Assembly (NCBI GenBank): GCA_963677495.2
Contig: CAXXOU010000003.1
Coordinates: 384,001-448,000 of the forward strand
Direction: 5' to 3'
From: Candidatus Cloacimonadales bacterium
GTDB lineage: Bacteria > Cloacimonadota > Cloacimonadia > Cloacimonadales > JAFGVF01
Length of the DNA: 64,000 nt
A program made the position numbers and the translations under genes. The notes beneath the pieces were generated by a model. It was given only the letters and a program-made list of their open reading frames with translations. It was not told the origin of the DNA and made no database searches. Shown in pieces: positions 19,911-33,936 of the stretch (the first letter of the stretch is position 1; every line of letters begins with the position of its first letter).

Positions 19911-20015
19911 AGCTGAATTGTCTTGTACATAAAATCTCCAAATGTTTGATTAGTTGAAATTTTTGAGTCCTACATAAGTACTCACCCAAATTATTACCGT
20001 GATCTTGTTTGTCCT

Positions 20016-20080
20016 CGCCCCACACTCCGTTGCGGTGCAAGTTCAATCATCATACCTGCACCGCAACGAAGTGTGGGGCG
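20016..20080. repeat. GC-rich REP-like palindrome
   Basis: 24-bp arms CGCCCCACACTCCGTTGCGGTGCA / TGCACCGCAACGAAGTGTGGGGCG, 1 mismatch. Confidence 0.85.
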
Positions 20081-20109
20081 GGAATGGTGATAGAATACCA
20101 ATACTAAAT

Positions 20110-21747
20110 CTATTTTATCAAAGACACCTTAACAGAACTTAAAATTGCACTTCCTGAAGCTAATTTACAGAGATAAATCCCGGAAGAAACTCTGTTTCCC
20201 TTACTATCTACACCATCCCAAGTAACGGTTTGCTCTCTTTGCACTTTACCTGCATTCAGCGTGTTTACAAGTTGCCCTTTCACATTATATATTTCAATCT
20301 CAAGTTTATCATAACTCTTATCAGTTACTACACTGAATTTAACGGATGGATTAAAGGGATTGGGATACGCCTTAAACTCAACTCCATTAGGTGAAGGAAT
20401 AGTATCATCTGAGTTAGATACTGTAGTATCATATAAAAGCTCATTACCGGCATAAACATAAGCATAACCAGAGGAATTAGTTGCATGTGCCGGGGCTCCG
20501 ATACCAATGTCATCAAAACCATCGTTGTTAAAATCACCTATTGCGATTGATGTCCCAAATTCTCTAAAAGCTACAAATGGAAGAGTTACCTCATGATCTC
20601 TAAGACCATTAGGTTCTGTGCTTCCAAAGAAGAAATAAACTTTACCCCTGTCCAAGTTCCATGCCGGATTTCCTAAAGCAATATCTGAATATCCGTCATT
20701 ATTAAAGTCTCCATAAGCTATTCCATTTTCGTATTCACCACATTCTGAAAGCTGAAAATCTGGGACACTGTTGTTTTGATTACCACCAAACCAAACTGCA
20801 GGATAAGTACCAATATACCTTTTTGTTCCAATGAAATCATCTATTCCGTCTCCATTTACATCTCCACATCCTAATCCTCCCGTTGCCGTTTCTACCTCTT
20901 GGTAAACTACATTTGTGATAACAGTATCAATGATTGTTGCCCCATAAATTACTGAATTCTTAACTGCCAATACTTCAGCATCGAAATAACCTATTATGAA
21001 ATCATCGAACCCATCACTGTTGATATCGCCTATTTCACGAATTGAACTACCTCCCATATCGTCTCCAACAAGATAGGGTCCTGTATCTTTCCAAAACTCA
21101 ACATAAGGTTCATTTTCATCCCCATAGAGGATATAGAAATGAGTATAAGGATTTGTATAAGGATTTGCATAAGAACCGACTAAAATGAATCCTGCATCGC
21201 AATAACCATCTCCATTTATATCTCCAAGTGGGTAGAGAGACCTAATGTCATCAACATAATCATCGCCACTACCACGCATTATAGTATAACTAAAATCAGG
21301 GATCGTATCACAATTTACTCCTCCATAGTAAATGTCGATAACCCTTTTTATTTCATAGATAGGTTCTCCACGATATAGACCAAGATCATCATAACCATCC
21401 CCATTTACATCTCCCAAGTTTTGTAATGACATACCAAGCCTATGACTGGAAGAACCAGTTATAGTTAAATCAGGAGTTGTTGAAAAACTATCTCCCCCAT
21501 AAAAGAAATATACTTTGCCTAAATATGCATTCGTTCCACCCGGTTCATATGCTAACGACCCTACTACCAAATCATCTATTCCATCACCATTATAGTCCAT
21601 TGATGTCATGGAAGAACCATATTCAGAATCAGGATGTTCACCCTGACTCTCCCAAATCAGTTCCATTGAATTCTCTGCAAAGAGTGTGGCAATCGCTATT
21701 AAAAGGATTAATAGCATTAAAAAGTTGTGTCCAATACCTATTTTCAT
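20110..21747 (-). CDS. FG-GAP (integrin-alpha-like beta-propeller) secreted protein with FlgD/T9SS-like CTD, paralog 1
   Basis: Signal peptide; repeated GDxNGDGxDD; CTD AYPNPFNP...WDGVD...SSGIYLC. Confidence 0.9.
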   Translation of the reverse strand: MKIGIGHNFLMLLILLIAIATLFAENSMELIWESQGEHPDSEYGSSMTSMDYNGDGIDDLVVGSLAYEPGGTNAYLGKVYFFYGGDSFSTTPDLTITGSSSHRLGMSLQNLGDVNGDGYDDLGLYRGEPIYEIKRVIDIYYGGVNCDTIPDFSYTIMRGSGDDYVDDIRSLYPLGDINGDGYCDAGFILVGSYANPYTNPYTHFYILYGDENEPYVEFWKDTGPYLVGDDMGGSSIREIGDINSDGFDDFIIGYFDAEVLAVKNSVIYGATIIDTVITNVVYQEVETATGGLGCGDVNGDGIDDFIGTKRYIGTYPAVWFGGNQNNSVPDFQLSECGEYENGIAYGDFNNDGYSDIALGNPAWNLDRGKVYFFFGSTEPNGLRDHEVTLPFVAFREFGTSIAIGDFNNDGFDDIGIGAPAHATNSSGYAYVYAGNELLYDTTVSNSDDTIPSPNGVEFKAYPNPFNPSVKFSVVTDKSYDKLEIEIYNVKGQLVNTLNAGKVQREQTVTWDGVDSKGNRVSSGIYLCKLASGSAILSSVKVSLIK

Positions 21748-21831
21748 ATCTTCCTCCGCTGGAGTTCTAACTACATATCTATTAATTACGGTTGAGTATT
21801 AAAACATTATCTAATACTGGCAAGTTCTTTA

Positions 21832-21951
21832 TTCCTTGCTCCACATTCGCATCAGACCTGCACCGTAGCGTAGCATGGGGCGGGAATGATGAAATCAAAG
21901 TCTGAACTCCTCGCCCCACATTCGCAGCAATACTGCTCACTGCGGAGCAAG
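21832..21951. repeat. Degenerate copies of the REP-like palindrome
   Basis: ACCTGCACCGTAGCGTAGCATGGGGCGGGAATG and CCTCGCCCCACATTCG resemble the arms of the 20016-20080 element. Confidence 0.7.
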
Positions 21952-21961
21952 TAGACTACAT

Positions 21962-23590
21962 CTATTTTATCAATGAAACCTTAACAGAACTTAGAATTGT
22001 ATTACTCGAAGTTAACTTACAGAGATAAATCCCTGAAGATACATTCTTACCCTTACTATCGACTCCATCCCAAGTAACTGTTTGCTCCTTTTGAGTTTTA
22101 CTTGCATTAAGTATATTTACAAGTTGTCCTTTCACATTATAAATCTGTATTTCAAGTTTATTATACTCTTTATCTGTCTTTACACTGAATTGCACTGATG
22201 GATTAAATGGATTTGGGTATGCTGTAAACTCAATTCCAGAAGGTGCAGGAATTGTATCATCCGAGATTGATACTGTAGTATCATACAATGATGCATCTCC
22301 AGCATATACATAGGCATGTCCAGCATAATTCGTACCTGTTCCGGGAGCCCCAACTGCTGTATCATCATATCCATCACTATTAAAATCACCAATTGCAACG
22401 GAAGTCCCAAATTCAGAATGGTTTATGATAGGGGCTTCAATCTCATAATCGCGAAGTCCATTAGGCTCATCATTCCCAAAGAAGAAATATGTCTTACCCT
22501 GATATAAACTCCACCCGGGGCTACCAATCACTAAATCTGAATAACCATCTCCATTTAAATCACCATGTGCTATCCCGTTCTCATATTGACCATAATTGGA
22601 TAAGTGAATATCAGGGACTACATTGTTCTGATTTCCACCCAACCAAACTCCCGGACATGTACCGGAATATTTTTTAGCTCCAATAAAATCATCAACACTA
22701 TCTCCATTTATATCCCCGCAAGCAACTCCACCCGGTCGAAAGTTAGTTCCTTGAAAAACAATGTTTGTTAAAATTGTATCAACCACAGTTGCACCATAGA
22801 TAATTGAGTTTTTGATTAACAGGTCTTCAGCATCAAAATAACCAATAATAAAATCATCGAATCCATCACTATTGATATCACCAATCTCTCGTATTGCACT
22901 TCCTCCTGAATTATCTCCAATACGGTATGGTCCTGTATCCTTCCAAAGCTCTACATAAGGTTCTAATTCATCACCATATAATAAATAGAAATGAGTAAAT
23001 GGATTTCCTGAAAAACTACCCCAGATGACAAATCCAGCATCAGAACAACCATCTCCATTAATATCACCTAAAGGATAAAGAGAAAAAATGTCAAATATCT
23101 CGTCATCTCCGCTTCCACGCATAATATCATAGCTAAAATCTGGGATCGTATCACAGTTTACTCCTCCATAGTAAATGTCGATAACAGCTTTTATCTCATA
23201 GACTGGGTCACGGCGATATAGCCCGAGATCGTCATAACCATCACCATTCACATCACCAAAATTATGTATTGACTTACCAAGCCAATTAGCAGTAGAGCCT
23301 GTTATAGTTAAATCAGGTGTAGTTGAAAAACTATCTCCCCCATAATAGAAATATACCTTACCTAAAAATGCACTTCCTCCTCCAGGTTCATACGCTAATG
23401 AACCTACTACCAAATCATCTATTCCATCACCATTATAGTCCATTGATGTCATGGAAGAACCATATTCAGAATCAGGATGTTCACCCTGACTCTCCCAAAT
23501 CAGTTCCATTGAATTCTCTGCAAAGAGTGTGGCAATCGCTATTAAAAGGATTAATAGCATTAAAAAGTTGTGTCCAATACCTATTTTCAT
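21962..23590 (-). CDS. FG-GAP secreted protein with FlgD/T9SS-like CTD, paralog 2
   Basis: Tandem paralog of 20110-21747; the first about 70 aa are identical. Confidence 0.9.
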   Translation of the reverse strand: MKIGIGHNFLMLLILLIAIATLFAENSMELIWESQGEHPDSEYGSSMTSMDYNGDGIDDLVVGSLAYEPGGGSAFLGKVYFYYGGDSFSTTPDLTITGSTANWLGKSIHNFGDVNGDGYDDLGLYRRDPVYEIKAVIDIYYGGVNCDTIPDFSYDIMRGSGDDEIFDIFSLYPLGDINGDGCSDAGFVIWGSFSGNPFTHFYLLYGDELEPYVELWKDTGPYRIGDNSGGSAIREIGDINSDGFDDFIIGYFDAEDLLIKNSIIYGATVVDTILTNIVFQGTNFRPGGVACGDINGDSVDDFIGAKKYSGTCPGVWLGGNQNNVVPDIHLSNYGQYENGIAHGDLNGDGYSDLVIGSPGWSLYQGKTYFFFGNDEPNGLRDYEIEAPIINHSEFGTSVAIGDFNSDGYDDTAVGAPGTGTNYAGHAYVYAGDASLYDTTVSISDDTIPAPSGIEFTAYPNPFNPSVQFSVKTDKEYNKLEIQIYNVKGQLVNILNASKTQKEQTVTWDGVDSKGKNVSSGIYLCKLTSSNTILSSVKVSLIK

Positions 23591-23730
23591 ATCATCCTCC
23601 GATGGAGTTCTAACTACATATCTATTAATTTCGGTTGAATATTAAAATATAAACTATGATTGGCAAGATTTTTTCAAATACTTCACCACACTCTTCGTTT
23701 AGTATGCCCTTTGTACATTGCCATATATGC

Positions 23731-23761
23731 AAAAAGGGAACCTGATTTAGGTTCCCTTTTT
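23731..23761 (-). terminator. rRNA operon terminator
   Basis: AAAAAGGGAACCT-GATTT-AGGTTCCCTTTTT downstream of the 5S gene. Confidence 0.85.
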
Positions 23762-23813
23762 GTATTAAAAGTGTTGTCGCTAACTTTGTTTATAAAAGTC
23801 AACAGCGGCTGAA

Positions 23814-23929
23814 GATGGCGGCGATCTACTCTCCCACATCGTTGCCAATGCAGTACCATCGACGCTGGTGAGCTTAACTGCTGTGTTCGGAATGGGTACA
23901 GGTGTATCATCACCGCAATTGCCACCATC
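23814..23929 (-). rRNA. rrf: 5S rRNA (ends approximate)
   Basis: Reverse complement contains CCCATTCCGAACACAGCAGTTAAG and GTGGGAGAGTAGATCGCCGCC. Confidence 0.95.
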
Positions 23930-23983
23930 TTCAGCCGCTGCTATGCGACTATATTGTCTGGGATAGAGTATATAAAGTTTCAG

Positions 23984-26859
<2,876 letters not shown>

Positions 26860-27006
26860 GAATATCCTCTATACACTCTATCCCACGTATTTCACTATTT
26901 AAGATCTATTTCTTAATAAAATTTATAAAAGTGAGTGAACAACTTACCAAACATTGAATTATTGCAATGGAATCTGATTAAAAGATTCATCGCATTATAC
27001 ACCTTT

Positions 27007-28553
<1,547 letters not shown>

Positions 28554-29346
28554 CATAATTGACTTGTTGGCTTATTATTCACTCACTATTTCTGACTTCT
28601 TAAAGATCAACCCATCTCCCTTCCGCGTTTCCGCTTCCGTTCAACAAGTGTTTGGACAACCTATTGAGGGCTGTTCTAGCGTCAATAAAAAAAGCACTAC
28701 TTTCCACCACTAGGGCAAAATAATGCTCTTTAACTTATTGGTTTTCATTACAATATAATTGTGAAACTTTTTTTAGCAAACAGTTAATTTCTGCATTTCA
28801 GTTAGGCAATTTTGGTACCAATTTTCATTTTTTCGTTTTTTTTGTCATAATTACTCTAAAATCCAGCTTACAGCTATCCCCCTCTACATTATATAAGGCC
28901 ATTAAATCTGGAAATTATTCTGTGTTTTTTTGTAGTTCTCCCTAATGGCCAAAGATTAGATAGAATCATGCTCTGAAACCTGTACCTTCGGAATGGTTGA
29001 GTTTGCGAGACCTTGCGAATGGTGCAACTCGAAGAGGTAAAATCCTGCAGTTAAAAACAACACCCATTCTAGGATAAACAAAGTATGCTATCCTTTATCA
29101 TTTAGACAGTAAAGTAAATATTCAGCTCCAAGGGCTGGGTTTTGGTTTTTCTCATTCCTATGGGTTTGCACCCTAGCTATTCAGATTCAGAACACAAGAT
29201 GCTGATATAAGAATCACTAGAAGAGGATACTTTGCTTTAAAGCAGTTTGATAGAATAGTTGTTAAAGAGGATTTTCTATATTGTAACATCAAGTCAACTT
29301 CTTCTCTTTAGGAAGTCGCATCAAGAACTTCCTTGCACCGTTAAAT

Positions 29347-29436
29347 AAGTTATGCACACGATGTGGATAACTTTAGGGTTTCATAGGGAGGGTCTAGGGA
29401 GGCTAAAGGGAGGGACAAGCGAGATTCCAGGTTTTT
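29347..29436 (+). repeat. 90-bp dispersed repeat with paired DnaA boxes, copy 1
   Basis: TTATGCACA (29350) and TGTGGATAA (29362), followed by about 11-bp-phased AGGG units; an inverted copy lies at 46643-46732. Confidence 0.9.
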
Positions 29437-29585
29437 GATGCAGCACGTACCAGACTCGTAGGGGACGAGGAGTTATAAAAGAATCCTTTTCAGCACTAAA
29501 ATTTGCGAGAATAATCCATTTGAAACTTTATATTCACGTCTTTTCATGTTAAATTTAATAATTTCCTAGTAGTAGTCATTAAGAA

Positions 29586-29610
29586 AGGCAGTTGATTTTT
29601 CAACTGCCTT
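29586..29610 (-). terminator. Rho-independent terminator after trxB
   Basis: AAGGCAGTTGA-TTT-TCAACTGCCTT hairpin. Confidence 0.75.
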
Positions 29611-29630
29611 CATTTATCTGAAAACTTTAT

Positions 29631-30581
29631 TTAGATTAAATCACACTTTCCATCTTGGAAGTGTTCTTCATTTTCTTCAATCCATTTTTCAGCAGACCAA
29701 CCGGCAATAGCACCATCAGCGGCAGCAGTTACAACCTGACGGAGAGGTTTCTCTCTTAAATCACCTGCAACATAAACACCGGGAAGGTTTGATTGCATAA
29801 GAGGATTAGTCACAGCAAAGCCTGCTTCGTTAAGATCGATTCTAGACTCTAACAAGTTGTTGTTAGGAAAAATCCCAACATATATGAATACACCCTGAAC
29901 AGGCAAATCAAACTCTTTTTCCTCTTTACGATTATAGAGTTTAAGGTTTGCAACTATTGGGTCACCTTCAACCTCATTTACTACAGTATCCCAGATAAAC
30001 TCAATCTTTTCATTAGCAAAAGCTCTATTCTGGATAACTTTTTCAGCTCTAAGTGCATCTCTTCTGTGGATAAGATATACTTTCTCAGCAAATTTTGTTA
30101 AGTAGATAGCTTCTTCAACAGCAGAGTCACCACCACCAATAACAGCAACTGTTTTGCCTCTGTATAGTGCACCATCGCATACAGCACAATAGGAAACACC
30201 ACGACCAGTAAGTCTATCTTCTCCCGGTACATTTAATCTTCTTGGGGAAGCACCAGTAGCAATAATTAATGCCTTAGCTCTATATGTAGCTTTAGAAGTC
30301 TCAACAACCTTGCAGTAACCATCAAGTGAAACGGCAGTTATCTCTTCATACTTGAATTCAGTACCAAACTTCTCAGCTTGAGCTTTCATTTTCATTCCCA
30401 TTTCGTAGCCTGTCACGACATTCTCAAATCCGGGATAGTTTTCAATCTCATCAGTTAAGTTCATCTGACCACCTTCGATACCTTTATCGAAAACAGCAGT
30501 CTTCATCTCGCCTCTGGCAGCATAAACGGCTGCAGCTAAGCCGGCAGGTCCGGCTCCTATGATGATTACATCGTAGTTCAT
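29631..30581 (-). CDS. trxB: Thioredoxin-disulfide reductase
   Basis: GAGPAG, GVSYCAVCDG, GGGDSAVEEA, AGD motifs. Confidence 0.96.
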   Translation of the reverse strand: MNYDVIIIGAGPAGLAAAVYAARGEMKTAVFDKGIEGGQMNLTDEIENYPGFENVVTGYEMGMKMKAQAEKFGTEFKYEEITAVSLDGYCKVVETSKATYRAKALIIATGASPRRLNVPGEDRLTGRGVSYCAVCDGALYRGKTVAVIGGGDSAVEEAIYLTKFAEKVYLIHRRDALRAEKVIQNRAFANEKIEFIWDTVVNEVEGDPIVANLKLYNRKEEKEFDLPVQGVFIYVGIFPNNNLLESRIDLNEAGFAVTNPLMQSNLPGVYVAGDLREKPLRQVVTAAADGAIAGWSAEKWIEENEEHFQDGKCDLI

Positions 30582-30741
30582 TGATCCTCCACTTTATATA
30601 TCAATCCTTTGCCTATATATTTGCTCTCAATTTTTACACAAGGAAAAATATAATCCAAATATGGTTGTTGACAAATCGAGCTCTATTTTCGTCGAGTAAA
30701 ACATAGAAATTCTCAGGTATGAGAAACATAGAAGGTTATAA

Positions 30742-32088
30742 ATGAATAAAGATAGAAAGCACGTTTTAAGCGATGAGCATGTAGGTAGATTACTTATAAA
30801 ATTATCAGTTCCGGCAATGACAGGTATGATAGTTATGGCACTCTTCAATGTTGTAGATGCTATTTTTATCGGGCATGGAGTTGGGACGATGGGATTAGCA
30901 GGTTTAACAATTGCCTTCCCAATTCAGATGGCGATTATGGCATTCTCATTTGTTTTTGGCATGGGTGGTGCTTCTCTTATCTCCAGAGCTCTCGGAGAAC
31001 AAAACGTTAAGAAAGCTGAACTCACTCTCTACACAATTCATATAAGTGTTCTCTTCTTTACTACGCTTATTGTTATAACCGGTCAGCTCTTCCTTGAACC
31101 CATTCTAAGTGTTTTCGGTGCAACTCCTGCCATAATGCCTTATGCAAAGGAGTATATGCGAGTTATCTTCATGGGTACACTCTTCTTCACTTTCATGCAG
31201 GTTAACAATAATGTTATAAGAGCTGAAGGTAATGCTAAATGGGCTATGATAAGTATGATTCTTGCTGCCGGATTAAACATTATCCTCGATCCTATCTTCA
31301 TCTTTGTTTTCAAGATGGGCATTAGAGGGGCTGCTATAGCAACAGTTATCTCTCAGGTAGTAACTGTAATATATCTATTCTACTACTATATTAGCGGACG
31401 CAGTATCTTCAAACTAAAGCTTAGCCATTATAAATGGAACTTCACTGTTTTCAAAGAGGTTGTTATAATCGGCATGCCGTCATTTGTACGACAGATTGGG
31501 GCATCAGTTCTTATCGCTTTGATTAATCAGACATTGAAGAGTTATAGTGGTGACCTGGCTATTGCTACATATGGAGTGATTAACCGTGCTATGTCATTTA
31601 TGATGATGCCGATGTTTGGTGTAGGTCAGGGACTTCAGCCAATTGTTGGTTATAACTATGGCAGAAAACGTTTCGATCTTGTGCGTAAGGTTATGAAAGA
31701 TGCAACTATCGGTGCAACAATTATCGCAGTCCTTGGAATGCTGACAGTATTGATTGTTCCATCATTGATAATAAAGATGTTCACATCAGATACCGAAGTA
31801 CTAGCTTTGGGAACACATGCTTTCAGGATAATTGTAACAGTATTTCTGTTCGTGGGATTTCAGGTTACATCAAGTTCATTTTTCCAGGCTCTAGGAAAAG
31901 CCAAACCATCGTTTATACTATCAATTTCCCGACAGATTGTGTTTATGATACCACTCGTTATCATACTTCCTAAAGTCATAGGTTTAGATGGTGTATGGTG
32001 GGCATTCCCTATTGCGGACTTAGGTTCATTTATTCTAGCCTTGGTTATGACCTTGAACTGTATAAAGAAATTGCGACACCTCGTATAA
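30742..32088 (+). CDS. MATE family efflux transporter (MepA-like)
   Basis: FNVVDAIFIG, NIILDPIFI..MGIRGAAIAT, QPIVGYNYG; about 12 TM segments. Confidence 0.93.
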   Translation: MNKDRKHVLSDEHVGRLLIKLSVPAMTGMIVMALFNVVDAIFIGHGVGTMGLAGLTIAFPIQMAIMAFSFVFGMGGASLISRALGEQNVKKAELTLYTIHISVLFFTTLIVITGQLFLEPILSVFGATPAIMPYAKEYMRVIFMGTLFFTFMQVNNNVIRAEGNAKWAMISMILAAGLNIILDPIFIFVFKMGIRGAAIATVISQVVTVIYLFYYYISGRSIFKLKLSHYKWNFTVFKEVVIIGMPSFVRQIGASVLIALINQTLKSYSGDLAIATYGVINRAMSFMMMPMFGVGQGLQPIVGYNYGRKRFDLVRKVMKDATIGATIIAVLGMLTVLIVPSLIIKMFTSDTEVLALGTHAFRIIVTVFLFVGFQVTSSSFFQALGKAKPSFILSISRQIVFMIPLVIILPKVIGLDGVWWAFPIADLGSFILALVMTLNCIKKLRHLV

Positions 32089-32117
32089 GATTAACACCAA
32101 GTATTAAGTATTTGTCA

Positions 32118-32843
32118 TCACCTGAATGCCAGATAAATTTGTAGCATAAAGGTTAGCGTTGTTATTATACCTGTATAAAGTCTCCAATTAAATCTTCTAG
32201 GAGGAGGTACAACAAGGGTATCCCCGGGATAAAGGAGTAGATGTTCTCTATACTCCAAATCTTTGGAGTCTGCAAACCAGATATGCTTTAAGTTTACATT
32301 AAACACTTCCCCATCTTTCCTGATAATCCTTATAGTTTTAACTTCTCTGATATTAACAATTCCTTTGGCTAACGCTAAAGCATCTGTGATTCGAATAGGT
32401 TCATATATTTGATATTCACCTGCAGCATTAACATAACCAATAATATTGAGATTATGACCGTACATCTTATCGATGTAAATAGTTACGACAGGGATAGTTA
32501 CATATGGCCTGAGCTGTTCTTTAATTATAGCACTTAACTGAGCAGATGTCAGACCGGCAACTTTAATACTACCAAGAAGAGGATATTCAATTCTACCATC
32601 GGGTAGGACTAAGATTTTAGTCTTAGTAAACTCAATATGATCCATAACCAGGATAGATATCCTATCACCTTTTTGTAGAACATATTCATCTTCATCAACC
32701 AGAACCAATGAATCAGGTAATGGGGCAACTTTTACCTCACCTTGAAAAACATCATCTTTAGTAATTCTGGGAATATAAGTACCTTGAGCAAAGATTGTAA
32801 AAGTGAAAGTAGCAACTAAAAAAATCAGTAAATATCTCTTCAT
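32118..32843 (-). CDS. Wza/OPX-like polysaccharide export protein (Poly_export + SLBB)
   Basis: Start moved to MKRYLL (GAGGT RBS). YVLQKGDRISI, VLPDGRIEYPLLGSIKVAGLT, LYPGDTLVVP; hydrophobic C-terminal helix. Confidence 0.88.
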   Translation of the reverse strand: MKRYLLIFLVATFTFTIFAQGTYIPRITKDDVFQGEVKVAPLPDSLVLVDEDEYVLQKGDRISILVMDHIEFTKTKILVLPDGRIEYPLLGSIKVAGLTSAQLSAIIKEQLRPYVTIPVVTIYIDKMYGHNLNIIGYVNAAGEYQIYEPIRITDALALAKGIVNIREVKTIRIIRKDGEVFNVNLKHIWFADSKDLEYREHLLLYPGDTLVVPPPRRFNWRLYTGIITTLTFMLQIYLAFR

Positions 32844-32850
32844 AAGAACC

Positions 32851-33936
32851 TCAATTATTGATTTCATCGAATATCTTTTTTTTGTATCTAAGGGGATTTG
32901 CTTCCCAGTATTTTTCACCATTATATTCAGTAATAATACCCGGGTAAGTAAACATCTTCAAGTCCTTTGATGTCATTTTTCTTACTTTATTAGATAACTC
33001 AATTGCTTGTGGTATAGCAATATTTGTTTCTGCATCATCTAATATAGCTTTACCGACCTGTCCACTCTTGAAGTAATCAAGCTGTGAAAACTTACTCCAA
33101 AGCTCGTTCATAAAACTCTTTTGCCTGGTAATCCTATTAATAGTGCCTGTTTTGTAGTCAAGTCTCCTCATCTCCTTAGCAATAAATGTAATATAGAACC
33201 AGGAAGTATAGCCGTCAATTATATGGACACCACTATTAACTCGATATTCCTTAGCGAACTCTTTTGGAATATCGACTTTTACACCTCCAATATGGTCAAT
33301 AAATTTAATCCATGCCGGTCTATCTTGAGCGAAGAAATAATCTATATCTGTCTCAGTAACCTCTGAAACAGATTGCACAAGGGCAGATGTACCACCAATA
33401 AGATACATTTCATATAAAGTTTTAACATTACCTAGAAAGTCATGAACAGATGTAAACCAAGGAAGATGAGTTGCTGAGATAATGCCATATGTGGGATACA
33501 CATCTATCAAAATGAAAGTCCTTGGTAGACCAGCATAAATGATAGTAAACCTATCTTGATCTTCAATCATTGGCGTCTTTGGCTTAGGAATTGGAGGTAG
33601 CTTAATTCTTTTAACCGGAGGAGATTTCTTCACTTTACATGGTATACAATATGACTCCCAAGCTTCTATAATCATATCAGGATTGAACCTATCAATGTCA
33701 GCATTAGGCTTCATGCCATCAGCTTTTCTTATTAACTCGTAAAGGGTCATACCTTCATACATTGGATAAACGCCTGGGTCATAAACACAGCCACCAACAC
33801 CAGCGTAGGTTATTTCCCTTTTACTACAAGATTTAGGAAATAGAAGAAATACAATAACAGCAGAAATAATCAGAAGAAAATAGATTACTGAATAGATGTA
33901 TTTACGAGTATTACTATTTTTACGTCGCTTTTTCAC
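32851..33936 (-). CDS. Membrane-anchored SLBB + LCP (LytR-CpsA-Psr)-like protein
   Basis: GTG start; TM; SLBB (GCVYDPGVY...LIRKADG); Pro-rich linker; IDHIGGVKV, RITRQ, ETNI LCP motifs. Confidence 0.78.
   Translation of the reverse strand: MKKRRKNSNTRKYIYSVIYFLLIISAVIVFLLFPKSCSKREITYAGVGGCVYDPGVYPMYEGMTLYELIRKADGMKPNADIDRFNPDMIIEAWESYCIPCKVKKSPPVKRIKLPPIPKPKTPMIEDQDRFTIIYAGLPRTFILIDVYPTYGIISATHLPWFTSVHDFLGNVKTLYEMYLIGGTSALVQSVSEVTETDIDYFFAQDRPAWIKFIDHIGGVKVDIPKEFAKEYRVNSGVHIIDGYTSWFYITFIAKEMRRLDYKTGTINRITRQKSFMNELWSKFSQLDYFKSGQVGKAILDDAETNIAIPQAIELSNKVRKMTSKDLKMFTYPGIITEYNGEKYWEANPLRYKKKIFDEINN

Noticed and set aside
20110..23590. Diversity-generating retroelement TR/VR pair
   Set aside because: Both copies are full genes, the differences are not adenine-specific, and no reverse transcriptase is present.
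26860..27006. tRNA-Ile/Ala in the rRNA spacer
   Set aside because: No cloverleaf or T-loop GTTC motif was seen in the short spacer.
29347..29436. Replication origin (oriC)
   Set aside because: Only two DnaA boxes, no dnaA/dnaN/gidA nearby, and the same element recurs 17 kb away.
30742..32088. MATE protein as the Wzx flippase of the adjacent export operon
   Set aside because: Its motifs are those of MepA-like drug/Na+ antiporters and it is convergently transcribed, so a link is unsupported.
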